This document shows, piece by piece, positions 48,567 through 57,850 of a stretch of 64,000 bases of DNA. Under the pieces are notes generated by a model. It did no database searches. It saw nothing but the letters and a program-made list of their open reading frames with translations, and was not told the origin of the DNA. The DNA is taken from positions 1-64,000 of the IMG/VR virus record IMGVR_UViG_3300031669_000016. One strand, given 5' to 3'. The DNA comes from a virus. Every line of letters begins with the position of its first letter. Within the stretch, counting starts at the first letter, position 1. Made by a program: the position numbers and the translations under genes.

Positions 48567-51116
48567 TCAATTCAGTGCCGTTTCTTTGGCCAAATACTCA
48601 CCCAGCGCTTTCAAATCCGGTTCGCCCTTCCAACGCTTCGAAACCTTGATCTCGGCAGGGAAGGGAACGCTGCGGCCGCTTGCGGTTGCATAGTCCTGGT
48701 GGAGTATAGCGGGCAGCTCCGCGGCGATGCCCTCGGCGTGCTCTTCGGCAACCTCTAGCAAAATCGAATCGTGAACGGTGTTTACGATGAAGACTTTGCC
48801 ACCCAACGTGAGCTGTCGGTCAGCCAACCAATCCGCTAACTGAAGCATACCGGTGTAGCAGACGTCGGCTCCGCCAGCTTGAACCGGTGCGTTGACACCT
48901 TGCCGTTCCGCTTCTTGTCGTATCCCCGCCACGGCATGTTTGATGGCGGGGAGTCGTCGTCGCCGACCGGTATAGCTACGCACATAACCATGCTTCCGAC
49001 AGAACTCGACGGTGCCGTGGATCCACTTCATACCAACAACGAAACGGCCCTCTATGGCTTGAATGAACTCGATCGCTGCCTGCTCCGAGACACCTAGCCG
49101 CGCCGCAACCGTTGCTGGACTCGCCCTATAGATCGCGGCAAACGTAGAGTGCTTCGCCTTTGTCCGTTCATTTGGATAGTCCGCCTTGATCTGCTCATCA
49201 CTAAGCGATGCCAGATCAGGGCGAGTCTCCCGCAGCATCATGCAATGCACATCATCGGCCTGGACCACACGCACCAGCACGTCATCATCACTTAGGAGCG
49301 CCCACATCCGCACCTCGGTCTGGGAGAAATCGGCTTCGATGAAAACAAAGCCTGGTCTAGCAATGAAGATGGGGCACATTATGGCGGGTATGTTCTGTAG
49401 GGCGGGCCGTGTGCTCGACAATCTACCCGTAACGGTACCGCCCTCTTCTTTCTCCATCTCATCAATCGCGGGACACTGCAAGAAGTGGGTATGGACCGTG
49501 TTCTCCGCGTCCATCTCGCTTAGGGTGCCGTCGATGTTGGTACCGCGGAACTTGCGCACTTTGCGGACGTAAAGAATGGCCTGCAACCAGCCCACCAGAG
49601 CGGTATCACTGGTTTGGCTCGCGATGACACGAAGGTTGGGTTCACCCACAGAAACCTTACCTGTCGGGGTCGTGTCCAATCCGTGATAGGCCGGAATCGC
49701 CCATGTCTCAAATAGGAGTTCTCGAATCTGGGCCGTTGAGTGCGGATTGAAGTCGGCACCGAACCGCTCACGAAACGTGTCGACATAACGGTCTTCGGCC
49801 CGGACCAGTGCGGCACGGTACTCATTGGCGAGGACTACATCAATCAGCATGCCGCGCATCTCGGCCGCGGCCAGATGCGGAATGAGTCGAATGCTGATGT
49901 CTCGATACACCGACTCTAAGCCTTGCTCTACAAGTTCGGGGGTGAAACGCTCATGGAGCCGTAAGGTGGCCTCGGCGTCGTGCGCGGCGTACTGGGCCAG
50001 ATCAGTTGTTGGGATCCAGCGCAGTGCCTTATCGACTGGAATCGGAGACCAATGCTTCGTTTCCAATTCACCACGCGGTACCTTTTCGAACGCTTTGGCC
50101 TGCATCTCCGCTTCCCAATCAGGCGCGTTCAAGTACTGACCCGCTAATGGTTTGAGGCCATGACCACTATTCTCATCCAGTAGGTAGTGCTGGATCATGG
50201 TATCGTCGGACCATGTCAGCACTTCGTCGCGGCGGAAGGTGGTGTAGAGGAACTCGGCATCGAACTTGGCGTTGTGCCCGATCATACCGGCGCGACTGAA
50301 CAGTCGGGCCAACGCATCACCCATCTGATCCAGACAGGCCTGTGCTTCTCCTCGCTCCCAATAGGCTCGATAGATACGTGCCCAATCGATGATGACGGGA
50401 TGATGCTTAGAGTTGACCGCGATGAGCGTGATCTGGTTCTGGCGCGGATCCAAACCCGTGGTTTCGACGTCGAGTACACAGGGACCGGCCCCGATGTTAT
50501 CAAGTGCGGCAACAGCCCCTTCTAAGCTGTCAAGCAACTCGAAGTCGGTATCCATTGTGGGTACGTTGCCATCAAGCAAAGCGCGGAAGCGTCGGAACGC
50601 CGCCTTCATCGGCTCTAACGTGTTGATGTCGTGCAGGGTCGCCGCGGGATGGTAGGTAACGCCAGCCCAGCAATCAAGATCGGGGTGGCGTAGAACAGCG
50701 CCGTTGAGTGATTTGATGCCCCGCGACTTCTGTGTCGTCTGGGCCAACGGTCGGATCGCCGCCCAGGCCACGTTACCTAATGCTACGACCAGCTTTCGTG
50801 GATGCTGGTGGAGCAGGGGTATGAGCCGTAGCGACGAACAGGTTCCTGCCTCGGCACGGCTCGGCGCGCGGTTGTTGGGTGGGCGGCAGCACACCACGTT
50901 GCAGTATAAGATGTCGGGCCGGTCAGTGCCGAACACTTCTTGGACTACATGCTCTAACTGCGCGCCGGCTGGTCCTACAAAGGGGATGCCGCTCTTATCC
51001 TCTTCCCCGCCCGGTGCCATACCGACCAGAACGAGGGGGGCGGCGGGGTTACCCTTCGAGCCGACGATGCAGCTGGCGTCTTCGTGGAGAGAACATGCGG
51101 TACATTCCGTCTGCAT
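48567..51116 (-). CDS. polA: family A DNA polymerase with N-terminal family-4 uracil-DNA-glycosylase-like domain
   Basis: UDG motifs CTAC, PFVGPAG, CRPPNNR, YHPAA; exonuclease motifs DVETTG, HNAKFD, YAAHD; polymerase motifs ADFSQTE, R..AK...F...Y, VHDSI. Confidence 0.92.
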   Translation of the reverse strand: MQTECTACSLHEDASCIVGSKGNPAAPLVLVGMAPGGEEDKSGIPFVGPAGAQLEHVVQEVFGTDRPDILYCNVVCCRPPNNRAPSRAEAGTCSSLRLIPLLHQHPRKLVVALGNVAWAAIRPLAQTTQKSRGIKSLNGAVLRHPDLDCWAGVTYHPAATLHDINTLEPMKAAFRRFRALLDGNVPTMDTDFELLDSLEGAVAALDNIGAGPCVLDVETTGLDPRQNQITLIAVNSKHHPVIIDWARIYRAYWERGEAQACLDQMGDALARLFSRAGMIGHNAKFDAEFLYTTFRRDEVLTWSDDTMIQHYLLDENSGHGLKPLAGQYLNAPDWEAEMQAKAFEKVPRGELETKHWSPIPVDKALRWIPTTDLAQYAAHDAEATLRLHERFTPELVEQGLESVYRDISIRLIPHLAAAEMRGMLIDVVLANEYRAALVRAEDRYVDTFRERFGADFNPHSTAQIRELLFETWAIPAYHGLDTTPTGKVSVGEPNLRVIASQTSDTALVGWLQAILYVRKVRKFRGTNIDGTLSEMDAENTVHTHFLQCPAIDEMEKEEGGTVTGRLSSTRPALQNIPAIMCPIFIARPGFVFIEADFSQTEVRMWALLSDDDVLVRVVQADDVHCMMLRETRPDLASLSDEQIKADYPNERTKAKHSTFAAIYRASPATVAARLGVSEQAAIEFIQAIEGRFVVGMKWIHGTVEFCRKHGYVRSYTGRRRRLPAIKHAVAGIRQEAERQGVNAPVQAGGADVCYTGMLQLADWLADRQLTLGGKVFIVNTVHDSILLEVAEEHAEGIAAELPAILHQDYATASGRSVPFPAEIKVSKRWKGEPDLKALGEYLAKETALN

Positions 51117-51196
51117 TATGATACGGGGTCGGGCCTTAGCGAGTCAGTCCATGCCTCTATTGAGGCGTCGCCGCGGCTATGCCCGACCCCGCGTGT

Positions 51197-53791
51197 TCAA
51201 CCCTCCCCGACCAACGATTCGATACGGGATATGCGTTCGTGCAGTTCGGCCAGGATCTGTCCGAATCCGCTGCTGATTTCGAGACAGTTCACCTCCCGCT
51301 CCGTACCAGTAATGTCATGGACCGCGGCGGTGTAGCCGGTTGTACCGGCCCGAGCGGCCTGTCCGTCATCAGGCGAGGGGGGTATCGCCTGAGATGTGGC
51401 CGCTGGCGGCGGTGTCACAGGAGCTGGCGGGAGCGGCTCCACTGCCTCTGGGGCTGACACTGCCTCTGGCACTACCGACTGAGCTGCTGACGCAGCCTCC
51501 GGGTCCACCGACTCTGGTGTAGGAATCGGAGCGGGAGGTGGCGGTTGCGACGCGCCGGGAGGCGCTTGTGACACGCAGGGATGCGCTTGCGACGCGCCGG
51601 GAGGCGCTTGCGGCTCGATAGGAGCAGACGGCGGCGCTTCCGATGCAACAACGGTTGGAGCTGGGGCAGCAGGCTTCTCGATCCCACTTACTACGCGATA
51701 GAGATCCCAGCAGCCCTTGCAGTCCCTGCGTGGCTTGCGCAAGCCGCGATAGCGCGGATGCTTCTCACACTTAGCGGGTCCGGCAGGCACCGCTTCTTCT
51801 GGTTCAGATGCCTCAACCACAGGTCCCGCTGTCGGTGCGAGCGGTGCGTCCGGTGCGTCATCACGCACGATGAGTTCGCTGTGCGGATCCTTGGCAGGAT
51901 CGAACCAGGCGGGTGGATCCAGTAGCGTGATCTGGTACTCGCCTCCGTCCCGCGACTGGCGCGGGATCGAAGTGATAAAGTGGATCTTACCCACATCCCC
52001 CTCGGTCGGGTCCGAATCGTAGACCGCGATCTTGGGCTGCCACCTGTCAACATCGGGCGCGGTCTTGGGAACGCTGGGATTGAGGACATATTCGAGCATG
52101 CGGCAAATCATCCCGGTGGGCAGTTCGAACCAGACACCCGGCGGGCAGTCCCTGCGAGTCCACGTCCTTACAATCTTCATCTCGGAATCACCCCGTTCTA
52201 TGAGTAGTTTACCACAACCTACGGTAGGTGTCAAGACCTTGTGGTTAGCGATGTAGAGTCCTACGGTTGTGCCGAGCCGTTCCTCGATCATGCCGACATA
52301 CTTCTCTGACAGTTCGATGCCTATAAACGAGCGGTGGAGGTTGCGTGCCGTCTGCATCGTCGTACCCGAACCGGCGAAGGGATCGAGAACCACACCTGGG
52401 ATCGTCTCAGCATTGCAGTGGCAGGTCGGCCGCATCGGAAGGGAACGGTACAGATTCTGCAAGCTCTGCTGAGTATTGTACGGCGAGCCGTCAGCGTTGG
52501 TTTTGGACCAACGCCGCTGGAACCGCCCGACGAGTTCGCGTTGTCGAAGCCAGGGCGCGCCGCATTGAGCACACACCTTCTCGGACGAACCGGCGAGGAT
52601 TGGGGGTGTGATAAGCTCGGGGGGAAATACTGCGAAATGAGCGCCTTTATAAGGCCTCGTTGCGATGTGCCAGACCGAACGTTTGTTGCGACCACCAGGG
52701 GCCGACCTAGCAAAGTTCTCCAGGGCCTTCCGCGCCGAACGGTTTGGATTCGTGCCGTGAGCGTAATCCTTGGGGCCGCCGGTCTGCTGATCAAAGGTTG
52801 GCTGTTGGATACATCCGATGCTTGACTCTGCAAGTGGCTCTTTGATCGCGTCGTAATCGTAGTAGTAGTCATGCGCTTGATACAGGTTCTTTCGACGCCA
52901 CAACTTCTTTGCTAAGGTCTCCGATACGGGACAGTACGAGCAGACCTCACCGGTCAAGCGGTGGACCCAGACATAGTCTGGTTCGGGGCGGGTTCGAGAG
53001 CCGCGCTTACGTGGATGGCTCCAAAACGTCGTCGATCCCGACTTCGCGAGCTGAAAAACGAACTCGTGAGATCGGGTAGTGCGATCAGTGGTGCTGTCGG
53101 GCATCGGATTTTTTTTGTCCCACACATTGTCTTGGCGCAGCCACCAACCATCGTCGCGTAGTGCAAACGCAACCATGTGGGGCAGACCGATCAGATCCTT
53201 GGGTTTGTAGCGAGTAGTACTGGTCGGCTGCATAGCTGGCACACCATTCCGCGCCGCCGACTTCGAGAGTCCGGGGTTGCGGTGATGCGGCTTATGTGCA
53301 CCGCCGCTTGCCCAGTAAGCATCGCCCATGTTGATCCAAACCGTGCCGTCGGGCCGTAGCACCCGCCAGACTTCACGGAAGATCTCGACGAGATGGGCAA
53401 CATACAACTCTGGTGTGGGTTCCAATCCCAACGACCCCAGCCAGGCTCCGCAGTTGGCACAGAACGCGCTTCCAGTCTGGCGGTCGTGGTAGTCCACACT
53501 GAACGAGCCGGGGTGTGTCAACTGCTTCGCCGAGGGTCCTCCTGACTGGTTGGGTCGTGCCGTCCGTTCCGTTATCCATTGATGATCGCACAGTTCTCCG
53601 TCGTGCTGGGATGGATCATCCTCATCCCACACAATGGGTGGCAAGCCGTAGTCGCGGTGGGGCCAGTACGGTGGTGAGGTCATAACCATATGGACCGATT
53701 CGGGCGGCATGAGCCACAGCGCGTCGATGACGTGTCCACAGCAAACCTTGTCAACCCACAAACGAATCAGTTCGGCATACATCGAGAACAC
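51197..53791 (-). CDS. beta-class N4-C/N6-A DNA methyltransferase in frame with a Pro-rich protein
   Basis: TSPPY, HFAVFP, LDPFAGSGT and GIEL motifs; internal RBS and ATG at 52180 start an unrelated second domain. Confidence 0.85.
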   Translation of the reverse strand: MFSMYAELIRLWVDKVCCGHVIDALWLMPPESVHMVMTSPPYWPHRDYGLPPIVWDEDDPSQHDGELCDHQWITERTARPNQSGGPSAKQLTHPGSFSVDYHDRQTGSAFCANCGAWLGSLGLEPTPELYVAHLVEIFREVWRVLRPDGTVWINMGDAYWASGGAHKPHHRNPGLSKSAARNGVPAMQPTSTTRYKPKDLIGLPHMVAFALRDDGWWLRQDNVWDKKNPMPDSTTDRTTRSHEFVFQLAKSGSTTFWSHPRKRGSRTRPEPDYVWVHRLTGEVCSYCPVSETLAKKLWRRKNLYQAHDYYYDYDAIKEPLAESSIGCIQQPTFDQQTGGPKDYAHGTNPNRSARKALENFARSAPGGRNKRSVWHIATRPYKGAHFAVFPPELITPPILAGSSEKVCAQCGAPWLRQRELVGRFQRRWSKTNADGSPYNTQQSLQNLYRSLPMRPTCHCNAETIPGVVLDPFAGSGTTMQTARNLHRSFIGIELSEKYVGMIEERLGTTVGLYIANHKVLTPTVGCGKLLIERGDSEMKIVRTWTRRDCPPGVWFELPTGMICRMLEYVLNPSVPKTAPDVDRWQPKIAVYDSDPTEGDVGKIHFITSIPRQSRDGGEYQITLLDPPAWFDPAKDPHSELIVRDDAPDAPLAPTAGPVVEASEPEEAVPAGPAKCEKHPRYRGLRKPRRDCKGCWDLYRVVSGIEKPAAPAPTVVASEAPPSAPIEPQAPPGASQAHPCVSQAPPGASQPPPPAPIPTPESVDPEAASAAQSVVPEAVSAPEAVEPLPPAPVTPPPAATSQAIPPSPDDGQAARAGTTGYTAAVHDITGTEREVNCLEISSGFGQILAELHERISRIESLVGEG
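51545..51610. repeat. 24-bp direct repeat (QAPPGASQ twice)
   Basis: TTGCGACGCGCCGGGAGGCGCTTG at 51545-51568 and 51587-51610. Confidence 0.8.
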
Positions 53792-54303
53792 AAGGCTTCG
53801 AAGAGCCCTGCCAACCCTCCTATGTCGCCACGATGCAAGCAGTCATCGGCACGTGCACCCATATCCCGCCATGTCTCCCACACCATCGATGTGCCTACCC
53901 GACGCAACTGCGCGTTGACTCGACCGTAGAGCAGTAAGAGCTTATCGCTATCACTCTCCGTCGTTCTGGGATCACCCAGACGCGCCAACGCAACCTCGGT
54001 TGCGGAGCGCCCATCAAGCAATGCGATCTCGGCCTCTAATAGCGGAATGCTCCGTGCCTTCGAGAGCAGATAGGCCGCGCTTCCGCCCTCGTTGCATCCG
54101 TAACAGTAGAAGCCGCGCTCGACGCCGTTGCGCACAAAGACGAAGAAGCTGGGGTGGGTATCGACGTGAAGGGGACACAGACCGCACCAGCCTTGTGGAA
54201 CGCGATCTAGGTCTATCCCCAACCAGCGCGCAACCGAGTAGGTTGGATAGCGTTGATCCAACGGCTGGACCCGAATCGTCGAAGTCGTCGCGATCCCTCT
54301 CAT
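53767..54303 (-). CDS. stand-alone CHC2 primase zinc-finger protein
   Basis: CPLHVDTHPSF...FYCYGC..GG. Confidence 0.85.
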   Translation of the reverse strand: MRGIATTSTIRVQPLDQRYPTYSVARWLGIDLDRVPQGWCGLCPLHVDTHPSFFVFVRNGVERGFYCYGCNEGGSAAYLLSKARSIPLLEAEIALLDGRSATEVALARLGDPRTTESDSDKLLLLYGRVNAQLRRVGTSMVWETWRDMGARADDCLHRGDIGGLAGLFEALCSRCMPN

Positions 54304-55694
54304 TGCCCCACATCTCCCCGCTTGCGTTGGCTCCCCTCGAAGTGGTTATCCCAGACCCCACCAAGCAAGGGAATGGTCCAATCGCATTCCGTACTAAAGC
54401 TCCAGCCCGACTCACCCGCGTTACGGTTCTTCATCACATCAAAGACAAGCCGCCGCCGATTGGTCTTGTCTCGACGGATCCGCAGAAAGACATCACACAC
54501 ATTGGCGATCCCCTCGGACTGTGCCGACAACTCACCGGCGTCGGCATCGTCGCCGCGCTGCAATCCGTAGCGGCTCATTTGTGTGGCCGAAACAACGGGA
54601 CACTCCAGCTCTTGGCCGAGCCGTTGCATCTCTAACACAACTTCGTGTTTGTCGATCCAGGTCTCGCGCCGCCCCGCCGTGATCTCGTTGATATAATCCA
54701 CAACGATGAGTCCGACCTGCCCACGCTGCGCCAAGGTCCGGCACTCGCTTTTCAGACGCGCCACCGTTTCGCACCGCATCGGTGGGATAACATAGAGATT
54801 GCCTGGTAACTGGGAGAAGTAGTCGAACCATAAGCGAAGATTCTGTAAGTGCCGCGGATCGAAGTCGCCCCACCGGAGTTGGGAGGCTTTATAGAAACCG
54901 GTAAGCATCGCCTCCATTCGATCCATGATTGGATTGAAGTCGGCGGACCAGCCCATCTCAGCACTGGCATAGATCACATTGCAGCCGCGCACAAACGCGG
55001 TCTTGGCAACATGTTGCATCGCCACGCTCTTGCCCACCGAGGTTCGACCGGCAAAGACCAGCAACTCGCCGGGCAGGAGTCCACGGGTCTGCTGATCAAG
55101 AGGTACCAGGCCGGTGTAGTGACCCGTTATGCTCGAACCTAGCGCGGTGAAGCGTTCGTGTCTGCGAAGCCGTTCGCTGGCCTGCGCGCGGAAGTCCCAG
55201 ACCGCCTGGGCCGACTGGGTCTGTTCGGCCAGATCGGTGAGTTCCATCGCGATTTTACGTACCGCTTCGCGCGGCTCACGCTCGATCTCGTCGCGCCGTC
55301 GCAGAATCGAATCGATGGAACGCCACGTCAACTGGAAGTCGCGGAGCTGCTCGATAAGATAGCGGAGGTGGGCTTCACTGCGAGGACTGACCGAACGGGC
55401 ACGGTCGGAGGCTTGGAGATACTGGATTTGTTGCTGGCCCGTTACCCCGCGCTTCGCCAGTTCAGAGGCGAGGATGTCGGGGGTGGCGTAGCGTCCGGTG
55501 CGGATGAAGTGGTTGAGGCAGATGTCGAAGACGAGGCCCACCCAAGTCGCGGTGAACCCGGTGCTGTGGTCATAATCTTCGAGCAGGCGCGGCGTCACCC
55601 GTTCCGTGACCAGCACGGAGGCGAATGAGGGTAAGAGCGCGCCGTCGAAGTCTAGGATGTAGGCAAGGACCTGCCAACGTGCCGCCAGCTCCAC
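54300..55694 (-). CDS. dnaB: DnaB-like replicative helicase
   Basis: AGRTSVGKS Walker A, SAEM, IVVDYI, ATQMSR, KNRN motifs. Confidence 0.9.
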   Translation of the reverse strand: MELAARWQVLAYILDFDGALLPSFASVLVTERVTPRLLEDYDHSTGFTATWVGLVFDICLNHFIRTGRYATPDILASELAKRGVTGQQQIQYLQASDRARSVSPRSEAHLRYLIEQLRDFQLTWRSIDSILRRRDEIEREPREAVRKIAMELTDLAEQTQSAQAVWDFRAQASERLRRHERFTALGSSITGHYTGLVPLDQQTRGLLPGELLVFAGRTSVGKSVAMQHVAKTAFVRGCNVIYASAEMGWSADFNPIMDRMEAMLTGFYKASQLRWGDFDPRHLQNLRLWFDYFSQLPGNLYVIPPMRCETVARLKSECRTLAQRGQVGLIVVDYINEITAGRRETWIDKHEVVLEMQRLGQELECPVVSATQMSRYGLQRGDDADAGELSAQSEGIANVCDVFLRIRRDKTNRRRLVFDVMKNRNAGESGWSFSTECDWTIPLLGGVWDNHFEGSQRKRGDVGQ

Positions 55695-55757
55695 CTAGAT
55701 AATACACCACCCCTGATGAGATCACGGAAACAAGATGTTGTAGACCTTATCCACCAA

Positions 55758-56321
55758 TTACTGCGGTGCAGCCGACCAGTCATAACCCCGGACCTGATGC
55801 CTCCGCTGCTCCGCCGCGGGTCCGAGGAATGCTTTGACTTTGGCGAGATCATCCAGGCCCTTTCGAGGGGACAGTACACCCGTATACGTCGGAGGACTGG
55901 TCTCTTCGTTGATACGCACGAGGAAGTATTCCATTGATTCCACCAAATCCCACGCCACCCTCCGCAGTTCGCTGTAGTCTTCCGCAAGGGAACTGGCATC
56001 ATCGAGGGTAGCGGGGACCCCACTATCCCCACTATCAGCCGTCTCTCGGGGCGTAGCGGTGGGATAGGCCTTCTCGGTGTAGTAGACCTTGCCATCCGCA
56101 CCGATGTGGGCGTCGTAGTGCTCCAGCATGGGGTCACTACAAGCTTCCGCTATGCCGCTACCAGCTTTGTGGGCCTGCAAGCACCAGAAGTCACGACAGA
56201 GGCGGAGAGTCGAATCCAACCACTCATTGTATGGCATGTCGGGCGGACGTTTTCCGACATCATGTTCGTGGCAGTGTGGGCATTGCATCAGAACACCATC
56301 CTTTGCAAGGTCTATACCCAT
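55758..56321 (-). CDS. hypothetical protein with CxxC
   Basis: 187 aa ORF; true start may be the downstream ATG (MQCPHC). Confidence 0.45.
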   Translation of the reverse strand: MGIDLAKDGVLMQCPHCHEHDVGKRPPDMPYNEWLDSTLRLCRDFWCLQAHKAGSGIAEACSDPMLEHYDAHIGADGKVYYTEKAYPTATPRETADSGDSGVPATLDDASSLAEDYSELRRVAWDLVESMEYFLVRINEETSPPTYTGVLSPRKGLDDLAKVKAFLGPAAEQRRHQVRGYDWSAAPQ

Positions 56322-56348
56322 TCTACACCAAAGCTACGGTTGTGTCCA
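56320..56348 (-). promoter_or_regulatory. sigma70-type promoter
   Basis: Minus strand reads TGGACA-17 nt-TAGAAT. Confidence 0.5.
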
Positions 56349-57416
56349 GCCCGTTTCGTAGCGTAGGTGGTAGCGCGGCACGGACAGGACGGCGTGGAGT
56401 ATGGTCCGCTCCATGGGATCACGCACCAAGTACTCGCCCTGATCGGGATCGAAGTCGAGCAAAAACCAGGGGATGCCACCCTCGGCCAGGAACTGCTCGA
56501 TGGCGGCGAGTACCATCCGCAAGGTGACCACACTTTTCACATCGGTACCGTAGTGCGGTAGGACGAGGGCGTGAACCGCGTCGATGTGTTCGAGTGCTGT
56601 TGCCAGTGGTGAGTCGTCCCAGTCCTGGTGGGGCCGGCCGACAAGAGCCGGCATGTTCACCATCCCAACCGAGAAGCCTGATGCCCGAATCAAGATGCCC
56701 AGCCAGTGTGCCAATTCGATCGGGTTGATGATTGAGGTAGTGATCTCGTTACCGTCTAACCTCCAGCACCAGGCCTCGCGTGCGCGCGCGTGCGCGCTAG
56801 GTTCCTCCTCCCCAGTAATACTATCTAGATAAGAATCAGTGATGGACCCCCGTAGGGGGTCCAGCGTTGTCGGGTCCAAAACAGGGTCTAAAGAGGGGGT
56901 TTCGTCAAGGCCAGTCTTGACATTCACGGCCACGTTAGCGATAAGGCACCCTCCACTAACGCGTTGCGGTGCGGGTAGTACTATGGCTCCACCCTGTCTT
57001 ATCCTATCCGCATCGAACCCCGCGTCGAGGATACTTGACAAATCTCTGGATCGTACTCCTGTCGTTATCTGCTCGTAATACGGGCCGGACAGGAGGCGGT
57101 CAACAATAGTGTGCGAGAAACCCGTATTTGTCAAGTCGAGCAGTTGGCTTTCGAGTGTCTGGGCCTGTGGACATACCTCAGTACCGAGAGTGATGTTACC
57201 GTATGTTAGTGATGCGTATTTGTCAAGTACCATACGGACACCGTTACAGTCCTTAGTGTCCCCCTTTTCTGTCTCACACCGCTGGCATCGCAGTGCTTGG
57301 GCCTGTAACTGCTCGACCAGTATCTCACCCCTGCCGTAAACGGCGGGACTGGTCAGTGCTGTGTCCTGCAAGTCCGGGTATTGCGCGTAGAACCATGCGT
57401 AGAGCGACTCCTGCAT
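56334..57416 (-). CDS. degenerate DnaC/helicase-loader-like replication protein
   Basis: N-terminal CQRC...C...C; C-terminal VNMPALV...HALVLPHYG...ERT resembles an AAA+ loader without Walker A; lies between the two helicases. Confidence 0.4.
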   Translation of the reverse strand: MQESLYAWFYAQYPDLQDTALTSPAVYGRGEILVEQLQAQALRCQRCETEKGDTKDCNGVRMVLDKYASLTYGNITLGTEVCPQAQTLESQLLDLTNTGFSHTIVDRLLSGPYYEQITTGVRSRDLSSILDAGFDADRIRQGGAIVLPAPQRVSGGCLIANVAVNVKTGLDETPSLDPVLDPTTLDPLRGSITDSYLDSITGEEEPSAHARAREAWCWRLDGNEITTSIINPIELAHWLGILIRASGFSVGMVNMPALVGRPHQDWDDSPLATALEHIDAVHALVLPHYGTDVKSVVTLRMVLAAIEQFLAEGGIPWFLLDFDPDQGEYLVRDPMERTILHAVLSVPRYHLRYETGWTQP

Positions 57417-57431
57417 TACCTTTCGCCTCTT

Positions 57432-57848
57432 TCATTCCGCTTCCCATGGTGCGGGGAAGCTGCTGGTGTGTGGATGGAACTGTGCAGAGATCTCGACGAT
57501 ACTGGCGTGTCCTAGGACATAACTGAAGCGTTGCCGCCAACCCAAATACTGCGGCACTGCCCGATGCAACACGGCGAGGTGGACGGTTTCCTGTTCTGTT
57601 ACCTCCCATGAGTACCAGGACCAGAACCACTCGATGTAGCCGCGTACCCAGTCATTGTCGACTCGATGGGCGTCGCGCAGGCGCTGAACCGCTCGTGCCG
57701 CCGCGATGAACCAGGCACGCTCGCCCTGCGCCTTCTTCGCCGTTGGGTGCTGTGTGGGATGGAGTCGTTGCCAGCGCCAGCCGTAGCAACGTCGCCAGTA
57801 CCCGGCGAGGCTGGACTGACCGCGGCGTTGTGGTCGGTAGGTAAGCAC
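57432..57848 (-). CDS. hypothetical Trp/Arg-rich protein
   Basis: 3' part of ORF 57432..58133; likely GTG start after GGAG. Confidence 0.4.
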   Translation of the reverse strand: MLTYRPQRRGQSSLAGYWRRCYGWRWQRLHPTQHPTAKKAQGERAWFIAAARAVQRLRDAHRVDNDWVRGYIEWFWSWYSWEVTEQETVHLAVLHRAVPQYLGWRQRFSYVLGHASIVEISAQFHPHTSSFPAPWEAE

Positions 57849-57850
57849 AT

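Noticed and set aside
56774-56797. CCTCGCGTGCGCGCG resembling the CRISPR repeat core
   Set aside because: A single copy of a simple alternating GC run without the repeat ends.
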